A program made the translations under genes and the position numbers. From the NCBI GenBank assembly GCA_001655205.1, contig LPNZ01007732.1, positions 1 to 51,580 of the forward strand: DNA of 51,580 bases, read 5' to 3'. How positions within the stretch are numbered: the stretch's first letter is position 1; every line of letters starts with the position of its first letter. The notes beneath the pieces are model-generated. The model did no database searches. It worked only from the letters and a program-made list of their open reading frames with translations, and was not told where the DNA came from. Positions 37,699 through 49,486 of the stretch are shown here, piece by piece. Origin of the DNA: Lenisia limosa (lineage: Eukaryota > Protista > Breviatea).

Positions 37699-40600
37699 CT
37701 AAAACGCACCCAGACTCGACATCGGAGACACACTATTGCTGGGGAAAGTGAAAAGACACTATTTCGAGGAAAGCAAGTGACCTGTGGGTATCCCCCCCAC
37801 CCCCACCAACGAGCTTGAAGCAGAATTCAGTCCCGAAGGAATAGTGAGGGTCAAGTGACCGCTTTGCTGAGAGTACCGACGGTTAGAGCGCCGCGTCGCT
37901 GTGGGTGACGAGGGGCGCGAACGGGACCTTTGTGGTAAGGTTTGATCAACATATACAAGTTGTACATTGGTGTATTGCCAAAATACGACGCTCTCATATA
38001 ATAACACCATTATTATCAGGAAGCAATGACCAAGCAGTCCTATCCTGCGACAAAACACCCCTCACATTGCTCTTCGGTATGACGGGGGAGTAGTGCTAGG
38101 GTTGAGGCTGCCAGACCTAAAAAGATGTAAAAAAAATAAACAGTGTGGTTTCATAACAGGATGGTATGATCGATATCAACTACCACCATCGCCACCAACT
38201 TATTACCGGGAGGACCCGAGAGATCGTAAAACAGTTCTAATTCGCCAGAAGGACCACGACTAAACAGTTAGACCGAGCCAAATAAATGAATATGCAGTCC
38301 TTTTCCGAGCCTGCCACCATTCCTAACCCAGCACTCACCTCATTGGTCGACCTGGTGGAACACACACCGACGTGCTACGCGACCTAGAACTCTGTGTGCT
38401 GGACTTGCCATGCGATATTTCCAAATTTGGGGGACTATATGGAATCAAATAAGATTCTGACCGCTCCCGGTTAATTGATTGTTAGGTAGCGAAAGAGAAA
38501 CATGTGAAATCGGGTTCATCTATTGAGCTCACTTCGAAACAGTGAGGGTGATTTTCTGCCGAAGAGCCTCGGCTTCTTCCATTTGCTTCTGATGCTCTGA
38601 CTGGTTCTGGTTCAACCTGAAGTGTAACTTCCCCAAGTTTTCAAACAATATACAGCTTATGCATAATCTATATAGTACATATCAATGCAGTAGATACGAT
38701 GTGGTACAAACTTGTAAAACGCAAAATAGCATGAGTTACTATCCTGTCCAATTTGCTCTGCCCACTTTGCTGTGGCGGCTTTGAGTTTGTTCTGCAGCTC
38801 AGTATTAGTAGCAGTCAACTGCTCCATTTCAGCCTATGATGACGTTAGTATAAATTGAATTCGAAAAAAATTCATCGAGGTTTAAACATACTTCAGTTTC
38901 TCTGAGAACTTCCATTGTGTGCTGGTGGGTAGCCAGTGCTACAAATTGCGTTGCTCTTGACTTTCGAATGGAATCGATCTCAGCTTTCAGACGTGAATTC
39001 TACAGCATTATCAGGCCAATTTTACCCAATAGCACAGGTTACATTGATGGCTTACCTCCTTTTCAACCAGACAGAGCTTAAACTCAGCCGCCTTGCCTGC
39101 ATTGCCACCGTGCGCCTTGACCGCCTGGATGAACCTCCAAACAGCAGTCTCTTCATCGTCATCGTCTGACGAAGTGTCGTTCTCAAGTACTGCGCCGGTG
39201 AGAAAGGATGGTCTTTGGAAGATTTGGAAAAATCTGGAGAATTCCTTTCATTGTTGTAGTATCACCTCATTGACCCCCCCCCCCCACAATCCGCAAATTG
39301 CTGTCGAACTTCGACTTCATGAGTGAGCTCCTCAATCTAGGTGGAGATAAGTGNNNNNNNNNNNNNNNNNNNNNNNNNNNNNNNNNNNNNNNNNNNNNNN
39401 NNNNNNNNNNNNNNNNNNNNNNNNNNNNNNNNNNNNNNNNNNNNNNNNNNNNNNNNNNNNNNNNGTTGAATTTGAAGCTCTCTAACTGTTTCCTTGAGTT
39501 TAGCATTGGTAGCCTCAAGTTTTGCATTGTCTGTCTTCAACTTGGCATTTTGATCCGAAATACTGGTCATTTTCTCACGCATTAGCAGCTGGTCATCAAT
39601 TCCGGCCACCTGGAGGGTTAAAAGAAGGGGATATTTCACAAGAGAGGATATAGCATCTGAAAGTAAAATGAAAAGCACAAATAATATATCATATGTATAT
39701 AATAGATACTATACCACATCATACAGAAAATACCATAATTATACATAAGTAGTATTCATGTACTATCAATGAATACGTGTTATCCTCCTCCACCACCTCT
39801 GCAATTCCAAACCCCAAAAGATATTTCAACCCACCTGAGCAGCAAGATGATTTGCACGCGCGCCCAGGCTCTGCGCGGACTTCAGGGCTGCCTCGTATTC
39901 AGCATGGGCTTGGGATATCATTGGTCCGGCCCGCGGTAAAATTTCAGCTGGAGTGTGAAAAATACCGCTTTTGTGTATTACGATAGTACTGCCAAAAAAA
40001 AAACAATATTAGGTCTGGGCCACAAGTGCTTCCATTTGATACGATGTTGGATACACTTACCCTTTTCAAGATGATAACATAATTTAGTTCTAAAGTGGAT
40101 CTTCAGGTGAAACAAAAGAGTATATTGATACTCCACTTAAGCTCAAAAAGAGTTTAATACCAACCAAATAGAGAATCCGTTTCTCTTGAAGCCAATGCCA
40201 ACCTAGTCGATTGAGGGCCGTTCTGAAAATGGCCAATCTGACCGGTCCGGGCTTAGTGGTTCCGACAGATAAGAGTTCAGCTGACACGTCACAATCAAGC
40301 TTCTACAAAGGGTTAATTTCAGCGAAGGTAACAAATTGCATAAGAGTGAAATTACTGTCAACACTTTATTGGGAAATTCACTCTTTTACTTTTGAAGTGT
40401 TGATTTCTCAAAAAAAAAATCAAATTTTCCAGGTATAATCAGAATTTTTTAACAATAGCTATTCGTTTCCCTTATTAGTTGTATTCGACTTTGTGATCCC
40501 ACATCTAAAGCAGTGAGAACCGGGGCTTGCTGCTTGGCGGCTGCAGAGGACGGTGACGGCTTGTTTTCTCCCGTATTTATTCTGAAATGTGATATTAATA

Positions 40601-42198
40601 CATATCATATAGAAATCCAATTATTCATACGTAGCAAAACCATTCCAATAGGCAAAACAGCAAAATGGGGTTTGAAAAAAACAAGTCACGACATCCTCTG
40701 TAGAAAGAAAACACGAATCAAAAAAAAAAGAAGACAAAAAACCTAATTACAAAAGGCCAAACCGGGTGAAAACAAAAACAAAACACAATAGTCCCCTTCG
40801 ACATTTCAGTTAGACGCTTAAATGATGAGTAGCGCGACTTCATGCTCAAACTGGGAGAAACGCTCATCTATTGGGTGAGGTAATGGGATAAAGGCGGAAA
40901 CATGAAATTGGAAACGGTTATTGTATTCTTCCAAGAAATCACTCGTGTCTAATAATGTGACATAGTGCTCTATTATTTAAGGCAATACCGATGCATAGAT
41001 TACATAATGATAGATGTTACCCTCCCCCCATACCCGCTTGTTATCCATATGATAAACCAGACTATGTCCAAGAGCCACCAACCACTTCGTCGCCGTCCTT
41101 ATCAGAATGGATGGTGTACCCAGGTCCTGATGTTATGAGCTGCTTTCGCCCATTCTCTCGGCTGAATTCAACACGTTGTGGCAAGGGCGAAGACACGGGT
41201 TTCAGTAGCGCCTGTTGCGTTAGCATCGGTTCATTACTCGAAAGCCTTTTATCATAAAAAGCATCGGTTCATTACTCGAAAGCCTTTAATCATAAAAAGT
41301 ATTCTATTGGCTGAAAAAATCTCTGCGAAAGAGCATATTATATGATATATACTATCAGCTAAAGATCTAAGGATTATGACAATTATGGAAAAGAATTTTC
41401 AAAAGCATCAACCATGCAAACATTGGTGCTTCGAGACGCTGAAGTCTTCAAAGATGTAGTCGAAAGAGGAGCAGATGGAGCGTGTGGGGTGGCTCGGGTC
41501 TTTTTCTTCCGTCGGCGGCGGGGTTTCTTTTCAGACTGCGTTGTCAACAAAAGGCTGATCAAAGATTGAAGTAATGAAATCTAAATCCAATTTCATGAGA
41601 AAAAAATTAGATAAAAAATTCGACTTTGATCTCCACAGTTTTGTGGTTGTAAAACTGAAGAGTTGTTGCAACCAGTGCTTCATTCACAAAAACAAAAAGG
41701 ACTGAAATTCTCAAGAAATATAATCCTTCTGAATTGAACTTTATATTTGGCTGTGGTGAATACAAAACATTACTTACCACCAATGATATATAGAATCTAG
41801 TCATATCACACCCTTTAAAAATCTTGAAGTATCTTGCCTACCTCTGTGATCAATAAAGTCGCTACTCCAGCCCCTCCAAAATTATGCCGGTGCGTTCGCG
41901 GCGGATGTGGAGTGGGATACGGATTTGTGAAGCCTCCAGTTCGTCCTGAAGATGTGGTGGTGTGAAGAGATCGAGTGGATGAGGCGGATTGGAGAAGGCT
42001 GAGCTGATCAGGAGATGGGGCGAAGAGAGGGGGAGGGGCTGCAGTGGCAGCGATGGTAACCCGCTTAGTTTTATTTTTATTGGGAGACAATCCTGTTGAA
42101 GGTGCAGTTGTGGGTCTGGGGGTCAAGGAGACTCCCCCAATTTCTGGCAGGAAGTCAGTTCCCTGCTCATAATACGCAGGTATTGTTAGGTCGGTCAT
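37699..42198 (-). CDS. Coiled-coil protein with a TSNAXIP1_N-like segment
   Basis: ATG at 42198 and a low-complexity N-terminus. Then VRLAIFRTALNRL|AEILPRAGPMISQAHAEYEAALKS..|VAGIDDQLLMREKMTSISDQNAKLK, which resembles the TSNAXIP1_N pattern RL..fR..f..li..f....plls.i..eYe..L. Heptad-rich exons follow, then a Ser/Arg-rich end. Confidence 0.55.
41222..41298. repeat. 38-bp tandem duplication, intronic
   Basis: agcatcggttcattactcgaaagccttt(t/a)atcataaaa, two copies with one mismatch. Confidence 0.9.
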
Positions 42199-42484
42199 TT
42201 TATCAACATATCATGTAAAGAAGAAGCTGTCATTAAAATGATTTGTGAAAGATGAGCTATAATGCAATCAATGTTACAAATGTAACTATGAAATAAAACA
42301 GCCAAAAAAGTGAAAAGGGCGGAAGACAAATGTTGAGTAGTAAACTATAAGAGCCGGTTATAAGGAGTAGTTTCCAATAAAGCTAGGGGTCTCAGTCTCT
42401 CTCGGAAGAACAGTCACAATGCTGCTTCTCACGAAACTAGGCATCCTTGCCGTAACAGGGATCATAGGCTCATTGCTAAACAAA

Positions 42485-44547
42485 ATGAGAGGCGGCTGGG
42501 GCCCAGTTAGTGGTCGCATTCCATACTCAAGTATGTGCTTGGAGGAATTTGTGTTGTCTTATCAATCTCAAACCCTTTCTCCTTGTTTATAATCTAGGCT
42601 ATGTCGCTTTCCTTTATACAGGCTTAATTTTTTGGTATGTCAACACCAATGACCAATCACCAGGTATGCAAAGTAAAGGTAGTGTTCATCAAAATCACTT
42701 TGACATCTATTTTTGTCATTTTATATAATTTTTAACAATGTAACTAGTGATTTAGTGCTTTTTTTTTTATTTGAATGTAAAGATGACTTGAAGTGATGAT
42801 TCATGTACGCATAATACTTTTACTATCAGGTTTGGTCCGCTTCTGCCAATCATCAAATGGCTGAGGGGTCTTGCCTGTGTTTATTTCAAAACTTGTAATC
42901 TTCTTTCCGTATATGAGACCATTTTCTTTCAATCTCAAATTCACACTCACAGGTGTGGTTGCTGAAGAATCCTTCCTACCCGGCTGCGCACGGAACATCC
43001 AATGCAGATCAGTGTGGCACTGTCTCTTGTCCCACTGCTTCTGGACTCTCTTTGTGGTCATGTTTGTCGCAGTTCGCCTCGCCATTTCCTTCGGATGGGG
43101 TCCATATTTCGGAATGTAGGCGGCTTCACGGAAATGAGGCTATCTATGAATTGTAGGCGGATATGGAATTTTACCCAATATTCTCCAAACTTGGTATGAG
43201 TTAATCCAATCTATTTATTAAAATTCCCTGTTTTACACTCTGCTATATTAACATTTTTGGTGACATTCTTAGTGTGCAGAAGTGTAATACATCTGGTACA
43301 GTATCAATTTTGGGGAATGCCTTTTTTCATAAACACAGTTTACCTTTGTCCAACATGCAATTTTGAAGAATACAATGTAGCTAAATAGAATTGTTTTTTA
43401 CTCGTACAGGGCCCATGGCGCCGGTATTCCAGACAGGTACGGCGCCTACGACTGGCTTGTTGGGTTTCCGGCAACTTCTTGGAGTCATTGGAGGAAGTAA
43501 GATGACTATATCAATGGCAAACTCGTGTAAAAAGCTTCCTTTAATACAAAACTCAGACTGAATTCTGTATCTAAGGGAAATAACAAGCCAGTTTTTTCAT
43601 GAAGAGTTTAATGCCAAAAGGTTTTCATTGTTCCAGGTTTGAGAGATGTACAATCGGAATGACAATTCGTGGCTTTATTTGGAGCGCAATTCCCGGTGGG
43701 TGCTCTTGGTAAAAGAACTGGTTTCTGGTAAAAGAACTCTTGGGTGATGTAATACGTATTATATTTGGTATTTTACTTGAAAAATGAGATGACAAGTAAA
43801 CGCCAAGGCTTTTTCTTCTATTGGTATGACGTTCCCTCAACATCTGCTTTTGTCGTCGTCTGTTTCGGCCTCCTGATGCCGTAAGGATGGATGTGCTATT
43901 ATCCCTGCACGTATTTAGAAATTTTAGCAAAAAGTCCACTGATTATCAATATTAAAGATTTACCTTTTGTTGAACGAAGTGAAGAAGTACTCACTCAAAA
44001 GGCAAAATATGTTACTTTAAAATTATGTTCCTGTGTTATACGTTTTCTATTATTATCCGTCATTTACTGAGTAGGATTTTCTACGAGCTTGGCTTTGAAT
44101 ACCCCATTCCAAATCCCTGGAACTTTATTGCGTGAGTGGTTTTGAGTTGAGCCCTTACCGTACCCATTTTCTTTATGATACATTATTCCATCCCATTTTC
44201 GGCAATCTTTATTTTTACAACCTCTTTATATTATCCAGTACCGACAACGCAGAGTTGCAGTTTGGAGCTTATTCCTCGGTGCTGCCTGGTATTGTTGTAT
44301 TCTTCCCCGAAACGGCACCTTGGTTCCTCTACGTATTCCTTTTCTGGACTGGTGAGTATGAGTCGTATTTTTCTCTTGACAATGTAGCTTGTCACATCAC
44401 CGATTTTTTTTTTTGTTTAACTTTACTCTAGGAATTGCTGTTCTTCTTTTAGTCCAAAACTTGGTCTTGAGGTGGAAGTACCACGATGATGGCAAACCAG
44501 TCCCAAAAACGGAAGAAACTGCCAAGCCCCAACCCGCCCTGCCCTAA
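42485..44547 (+). CDS. Multi-pass membrane protein of unrecognised family
   Basis: Exons include MRGGWGPVSGRIPYS, GIPDRYGAYDWLVGFPATSWSHWRK|FERCTIGMTIRGFIWSAIPG|FFFYWYDVPSTSAFVVVCFGLLMP|IFYELGFEYPIPNPWNF and NAELQFGAYSSVLPGIVVFF..FLFWT|GIAVLLLVQNLVLRWK...PALP*. Confidence 0.65.
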
Positions 44548-44796
44548 AATTGTTTCCGCACCTAGGGTATTACTGGCTTCCATGTTGTTGATGATTTTTT
44601 TTCATTGCGTCCTCTGTTCTTTTTCGGAATCAGGTAACAAATTCACATAACAAATAATATACTAAGACAATAATATAGCAACATAGGGCTCTCTTAGCGG
44701 ACGAACACCTTTGTTGTTAGAAATGTTCAGACTCAGGGATGGGTTTGAAAGTGACTTTATAAATCAGAAATTGATCCAAAATTCACATGAGCTGTC

Positions 44797-47442
44797 CTAT
44801 ATATGATATAGTATAATAGTAAGTAACATGGAAAGACTAAACAAGCATACCATATGATGGAAATGCTCTCCCCCGTTGGCATGGTGTGAATTGCACGCGT
44901 AGTAGAAATGCGTCTCAGCTTGGTTCTGTCCAACAACATAATGGGGAGTATCTGACCCGTCCCTAAGCTGTAAACAGGAGGACAATTGAAAATATCCAAT
45001 TTTTATCGCTGAGAGACAATATTTGAAATTCATCAAAATTAAGAAACACTTTTACGAGAAAAATTCCTACATATAAAACGGGAAAATCGACATTGCTTTG
45101 TCACCCGTGTTCGTGTAGCCTCTATTAATGGCAGCAGGAAGTAATGTTGAGCTGCGATAGTGTCCGCTGTAGTACTTCTTGTCCTAAAGCGGTGAGAGTT
45201 ATGTTTCGAAAATCATAACCTCAATCAGATTATCGGTAATCGCAAAAACCCTGGACAAATCATCTACAAGCATAACCCCAAGCAAATCACGAATTCCATT
45301 TCTCTTGCTTACGGGGAAATCGGTGCCGAAGTTTCCCATTCCAGTTTTTAGATAACTCACACCAGCGGTGGTTGAAAAGTCAAGATGCTCGTAATCGTAC
45401 TGTCCCTAAACCGTAAGCTGAGGATTAGATGTGCTATTTCCACCAAACAAAACTGCCACTAACTTCACAAAAGAAGCGAATTTCAGTGAAATCAAAGCCG
45501 CTGGTGAGGGCGTTTGAAGCCTAAAACAATGAAAGGCCTTCAAATAGTCTGGTAAAAAGACAATATCCTATACCTGTCCCCATTCATCGGCAACTTGCGA
45601 CCCTTCAAATCCCAAAAAATGCGGCCGGTAGAGGGGAAGGGAGTTGGTGTGGTACTAAATGGATCATGATTGTCAATAATACAGCATGTGTCGATATAAT
45701 TTAGCTTGGAAATTTTCCAATTCAAGATAAAACAGTTCATTTTCGGAGCAATTCCCTCTAAAAAGTTCAAGNNNNNNNNNNCAAAAAGACAATATCCTAT
45801 ATTGCTAGCACTTGAGATAACATACCTGTCCCCATTCATCGGCAACTTGCGACCCTTCAAATCCCAAAAAATGCGGCCTGTAGAGGGGAAGGGAATTGGT
45901 GTGGTACTAAATGGGTCACGATTGTCAATAATACAGCATGTGTCGATATAATTTAGCTTGGACATTTTCCAATTCAAGATAAAACAGTTCATTTTCGGAG
46001 CAATTCCCTCTAAAAAGTTCAAGGCCCATATCTAAGTGAATAGATGAGGGTAACTCCCAACTTACTACATTCAGCGCGTCTTCTTCGGCTCTGGTGTAGT
46101 AGTTCATGAGAGTTCTGAAGAGTAAAAGGCTGTATCAAAAGGCTGTATCATAGTATTTGATATTCTCACACTTTGGCTAAGATGGATAATTTTGATCGAT
46201 GAATTTCGTACCATACGGCATGCACCTTCTAAGACAATTCAGCTGTCAGCCAGGCACAACCAATCAAGCCCCCTTACTAAATACCCAAATACCCCCCCCC
46301 CACGTCCATCCGCCACCATCCTCCTCCATGTCACAGTACGCAAGGATCGCCTAGGGGTTATAAAAGGTGGCAAGCATGGTGGAGGCAAGGCCCAATTATT
46401 ACAAGATATGAATTCAAACAACAGCCCAAATCATACCGAAGGGACACTTGTGGGGNNNNNNNNNNTGGTGGAGGCAAGGCTTATTACAAGATATGAATTC
46501 AAACAACAGCCCAAATCATACCGAAGGGACACTTGTGGGGTGGACGTAGTATTCCCCGGATGGACACGATACCCGGTCTAAGTGGTCAAAAATACCACGT
46601 GCCCGAGATAAACCGTCAACAAGACTCAGGCCCACCAGCTGAGCAGGCTGCAATGATTTCGTTGCAATTGTTGTAGGTGCTGTTGGGAGACTTTCCAGGA
46701 AGTTCCTGGATTTAAATGAAAACTGAAGAAAGATCAATATACTCTTGGGGGAATAAACTTGTTTTTATTTATACATCTTGATACCCACTTGACAATATCC
46801 CATCTTAGTACAGATTTAGAATTGAACCAACTTACTTTTCGCTGAAGCGTTTGTATTGTGGCGTTTAGCTTGTCTATCACACCCATTAGCTGGGGTGTTA
46901 GTTTTGAAGTCTTGTCCGAAGAACTGAAAAGTGCAAAAAAAGAAAGATAAAAGAAAGGCTTTATATTGCTGCCAAGGTGCAACACAATTCAGATGTAGGG
47001 ACCTTGGAGGCAGGGGGGGGGATACATCTTATAATGGTCGAAATCGCTAAAATCGCTCCAAACCTGGGACTCAAGCTTAAGAACCGTGGAGAGAGGCACG
47101 ACACTTTCGTTTGTTTGGGGGTCTGAACAGGTGGTTCCTTTTGGCAGTCTGAGCAGTCAGTTTTAAAATGACACACTCAAAGCTTTTGCTTTATTATACT
47201 ACTTCCACACCAAGTAAATTTCGAGAATGTAGTGGAAATGTATTCCCTCAGTATTCCCTCACATCTGCACTTAACTTTAGGGTTGAGGTTGAAACGCATG
47301 TCCTCAGATACTTGGCAAAGTCACATTTTCACAATCATACTCTGTTCCAAGTCTGAGCTACATTATCCACCTCTTACATTGCCGAAGGGAGTGCGAGGGT
47401 CAATGATGCACACAGCAATGTGAGTAACAAAACAAGAAACAT
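44797..47442 (-). CDS. Secreted fibrinogen-related protein, paralog A (signal peptide, short coiled coil, fibrinogen C-like domain)
   Basis: MFLVLLLTLLCASLTLALPSA|ILPKGTTCSDPQTNESVVPLSTVLKLESQ|TSKLTPQLMGVIDKLNATIQTLQRK|ELPGKSPNSTYNNCNEIIAACSA|DRVSCPSGEYYVHP, then AILAYCDMEEDGGGWT (46304-46350, the canonical YCDM-x-DGGGWT motif), TLMNYY, and EWGQ|ASNALTSGFDFTEIRFFCE. The 3' end is approximate. Confidence 0.85.
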
Positions 47443-47618
47443 AGTTGTCAATTTTTATTCGTCTGATTTATTCTCAATACTTCTCATCCAATGCTTCAAT
47501 TGCATAAAACAGATATCCAATTCATGTTCCCAGATCACCTCTGGATCTTTCCGCGATCTTACGGTCTTCTTACAGAAGACCCGAGTGTGACGGGAAAATT
47601 TCATGCACCTAAATATTT

Positions 47619-47636
47619 GTGACGTCATGACGTCAC
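47619..47636. promoter_or_regulatory. Perfect 18-bp palindrome GTGACGTCATGACGTCAC (two tandem CRE/ATF-type TGACGTCA sites) in the divergent promoter of paralogs A and C
   Basis: Seen directly, 177 bp from ATG 47442 and 125 bp from ATG 47761. The same 16-mer recurs upstream of paralog B. Confidence 0.7.
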
Positions 47637-47760
47637 CATATTTTCAGTAAAGGTGGGCGGCAACTGTCCCTCAACTGTCCCTCTCTTCGCTCTCGGCTCT
47701 GTTAACATTTTTACAAGACAGGGAAAGAAAGAAAGAAGGGCTACTGTGTATTTTGCAATC

Positions 47761-48222
47761 ATGACGCAGAACCTTCTTATACTTGCTCTGTCTCTTATCT
47801 TCTTCTCTTTGGAAGCTGCTGAAATAAGGTATTGTGACAGTGGTGAAAATATTTGTTGAGATAACGCGATGTTTATTGGTTGGGAGGCTGTGATGAATTG
47901 CGGTTCTGACTTACTTTTATGTTAATCTTGAGAATGGACAGTATTCTGATAATTGTTTAGCCTACCGATTGGCACGAGTTGCAGTGAGCCTGTCAGCAAC
48001 AAGTCGGTGGTAAACGTGGAGTATCTACTCAATAAGGTGTGGAGCCTGGGGGACTGATTCCATCTTAACTCATGACACCTTTTTAACACCTTTTTTGTGT
48101 TGTTAGTCCGATTGTGAACAAGCATTCTTGAAACCTCTCATTAAACAATGTTTTATATTGTTCAGATTGATGTTCTCCAAGCGCAACTTGATACTATTTT
48201 TGAGAAAATTGACGTGGAAACC
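47761..48222 (+). CDS. Fibrinogen-related paralog C, N-terminal part only (runs into the gap at 48259)
   Basis: MTQNLLILALSLIFFSLEAAEI|SLPIGTSCSEPVSNKSVVNVEYLLNK|IDVLQAQLDTIFEKIDVET. Exon 2 is homologous to LPKGTTCSDPQTNESVV of paralog A, with the same phase-2 intron after the signal peptide. Confidence 0.65.
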
Positions 48223-48551
48223 GTAAGTGACGTTGTCAATGGTCCCCCCCCCCCCCAANNNNNNNNNNCGTTAAATGAAAACTGAAGAAATATTCGAGAC
48301 CATGACCAGTATGCCCTTGATTATAATATTTGTTATAGTATGCTGGCGAGATACGCAGAAAGCTGTGTGCGCAGAGTTGTAAGGAAAATGATTGGGTGAA
48401 GTAATATTACACCGTATAAGCTTGATGGTGTGGATACCTTCGGCCCAATACAAACTTGTTTTTTTTACCTGGAATCCCAGAATTGTATTTTGCGTTCAGT
48501 AATATCTCAATCCTTACCCCCCTCGACCCATCTTGCATTGAACCTCTTTAC

Positions 48552-49121
48552 CTTTGGCTGAAGCGTTTGTATTGTGGCGTTTAGCTTGTCTATCACACCC
48601 ATTAGCTGGCGTGTTAGTTTTGAAGACTCAACCAAGAAGGTTAGAAGGCTTCATTTTACCAAGGTGTAAATAACACATATGTCGTAGCTATATGTATGTA
48701 GCTTGGGAGCATGGGTACTAGAGAGATCTCTACTCTACATTCCATGCTTGGGAGATCTTGGAGGGGGGGGGGGCAATATAGCACCACTATTAGGGATATA
48801 TCCCTCCAAACCTGGGACTCAAGCTCAAGAACCGTGGAGAGAGGCACGACACTTTCATTTGTTTGGGGGTCTGAACAGGTGGTTCCTTTTGGCAGTCTGA
48901 GCAGTCAGTTTTAAAATGACACACTCAAAGCTTTTGCTTTATTATACTACTTCCCTACTTCCACATCAAGTACTATTATTCACATACTGTATGTAATATT
49001 CAGACACTTCAAAGGTTCCAATACGAGGACACATTATTTATCGCGCTTACTTTGCCGAAGGGAGTCCGAGTGCCAATGAGACATAGAGCAGTGTGAGAAA
49101 CAGAACAGGGGTATGTATCAT
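48552..49121 (-). CDS. Fibrinogen-related paralog B, N-terminal part only (runs into the gap at 48268)
   Basis: MIHTPVLFLTLLYVSLALGLPSA|KLPKGTTCSDPQTNESVVPLSTVLELESQ|SSKLTRQLMGVIDKLNATIQTLQPK. Exons 2 and 3 are nearly identical in DNA to paralog A. Confidence 0.8.
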
Positions 49122-49263
49122 AATGTCTCAGAAAAATGGCTTCTTGAATAATCCCTTTCTTTCCAACAACTTCAACACATTAATATATATATACTCAACA
49201 TCTACTATTATCTACGAATTATCTATGTCTGATTTTCTGAACAAACAATTTTAAAAGGACCAT

Positions 49264-49279
49264 TGACGTCATGACGTCA
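49264..49279. promoter_or_regulatory. TGACGTCATGACGTCA double CRE-type palindrome upstream of paralog B
   Basis: Identical 16-mer to 47620-47635, 143 bp upstream of ATG 49121, while the flanks are largely diverged. Confidence 0.7.
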
Positions 49280-49486
49280 CCACCCTAACAATATGTCAGA
49301 CCAGTTGTATGCTTGGTTCAGGTGTGGTTTGGTGGTTTGTCGTTTGGTTTGCAGTTTTTCTTTCAGTTTGTTTGTCGTTGTGTATTGTGTCTGTAAAAGT
49401 TCCATCTCCCCACTTCTACAATAACACCTTTTGGCTCCATACCTCCATCTTTATTTCCACCTTATAAATAGTTAAATAAAAAGAAA

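Noticed and set aside
45552-46023. Apparent tandem duplication of a fibrinogen-domain exon (two ~220-240 bp copies)
   Set aside because: The copies directly flank an 11-N gap. They differ by a few SNPs that are synonymous in the exon (AAT/AAC, AGG/CGG) plus intronic changes. This fits two haplotypes placed side by side by the scaffolder. Long reads could revive it as a true duplicated exon.
46378-46540. Direct repeat of ~75 bp
   Set aside because: The copies sit either side of a 10-N gap and differ by a small indel, the same allelic or overlap artefact pattern.
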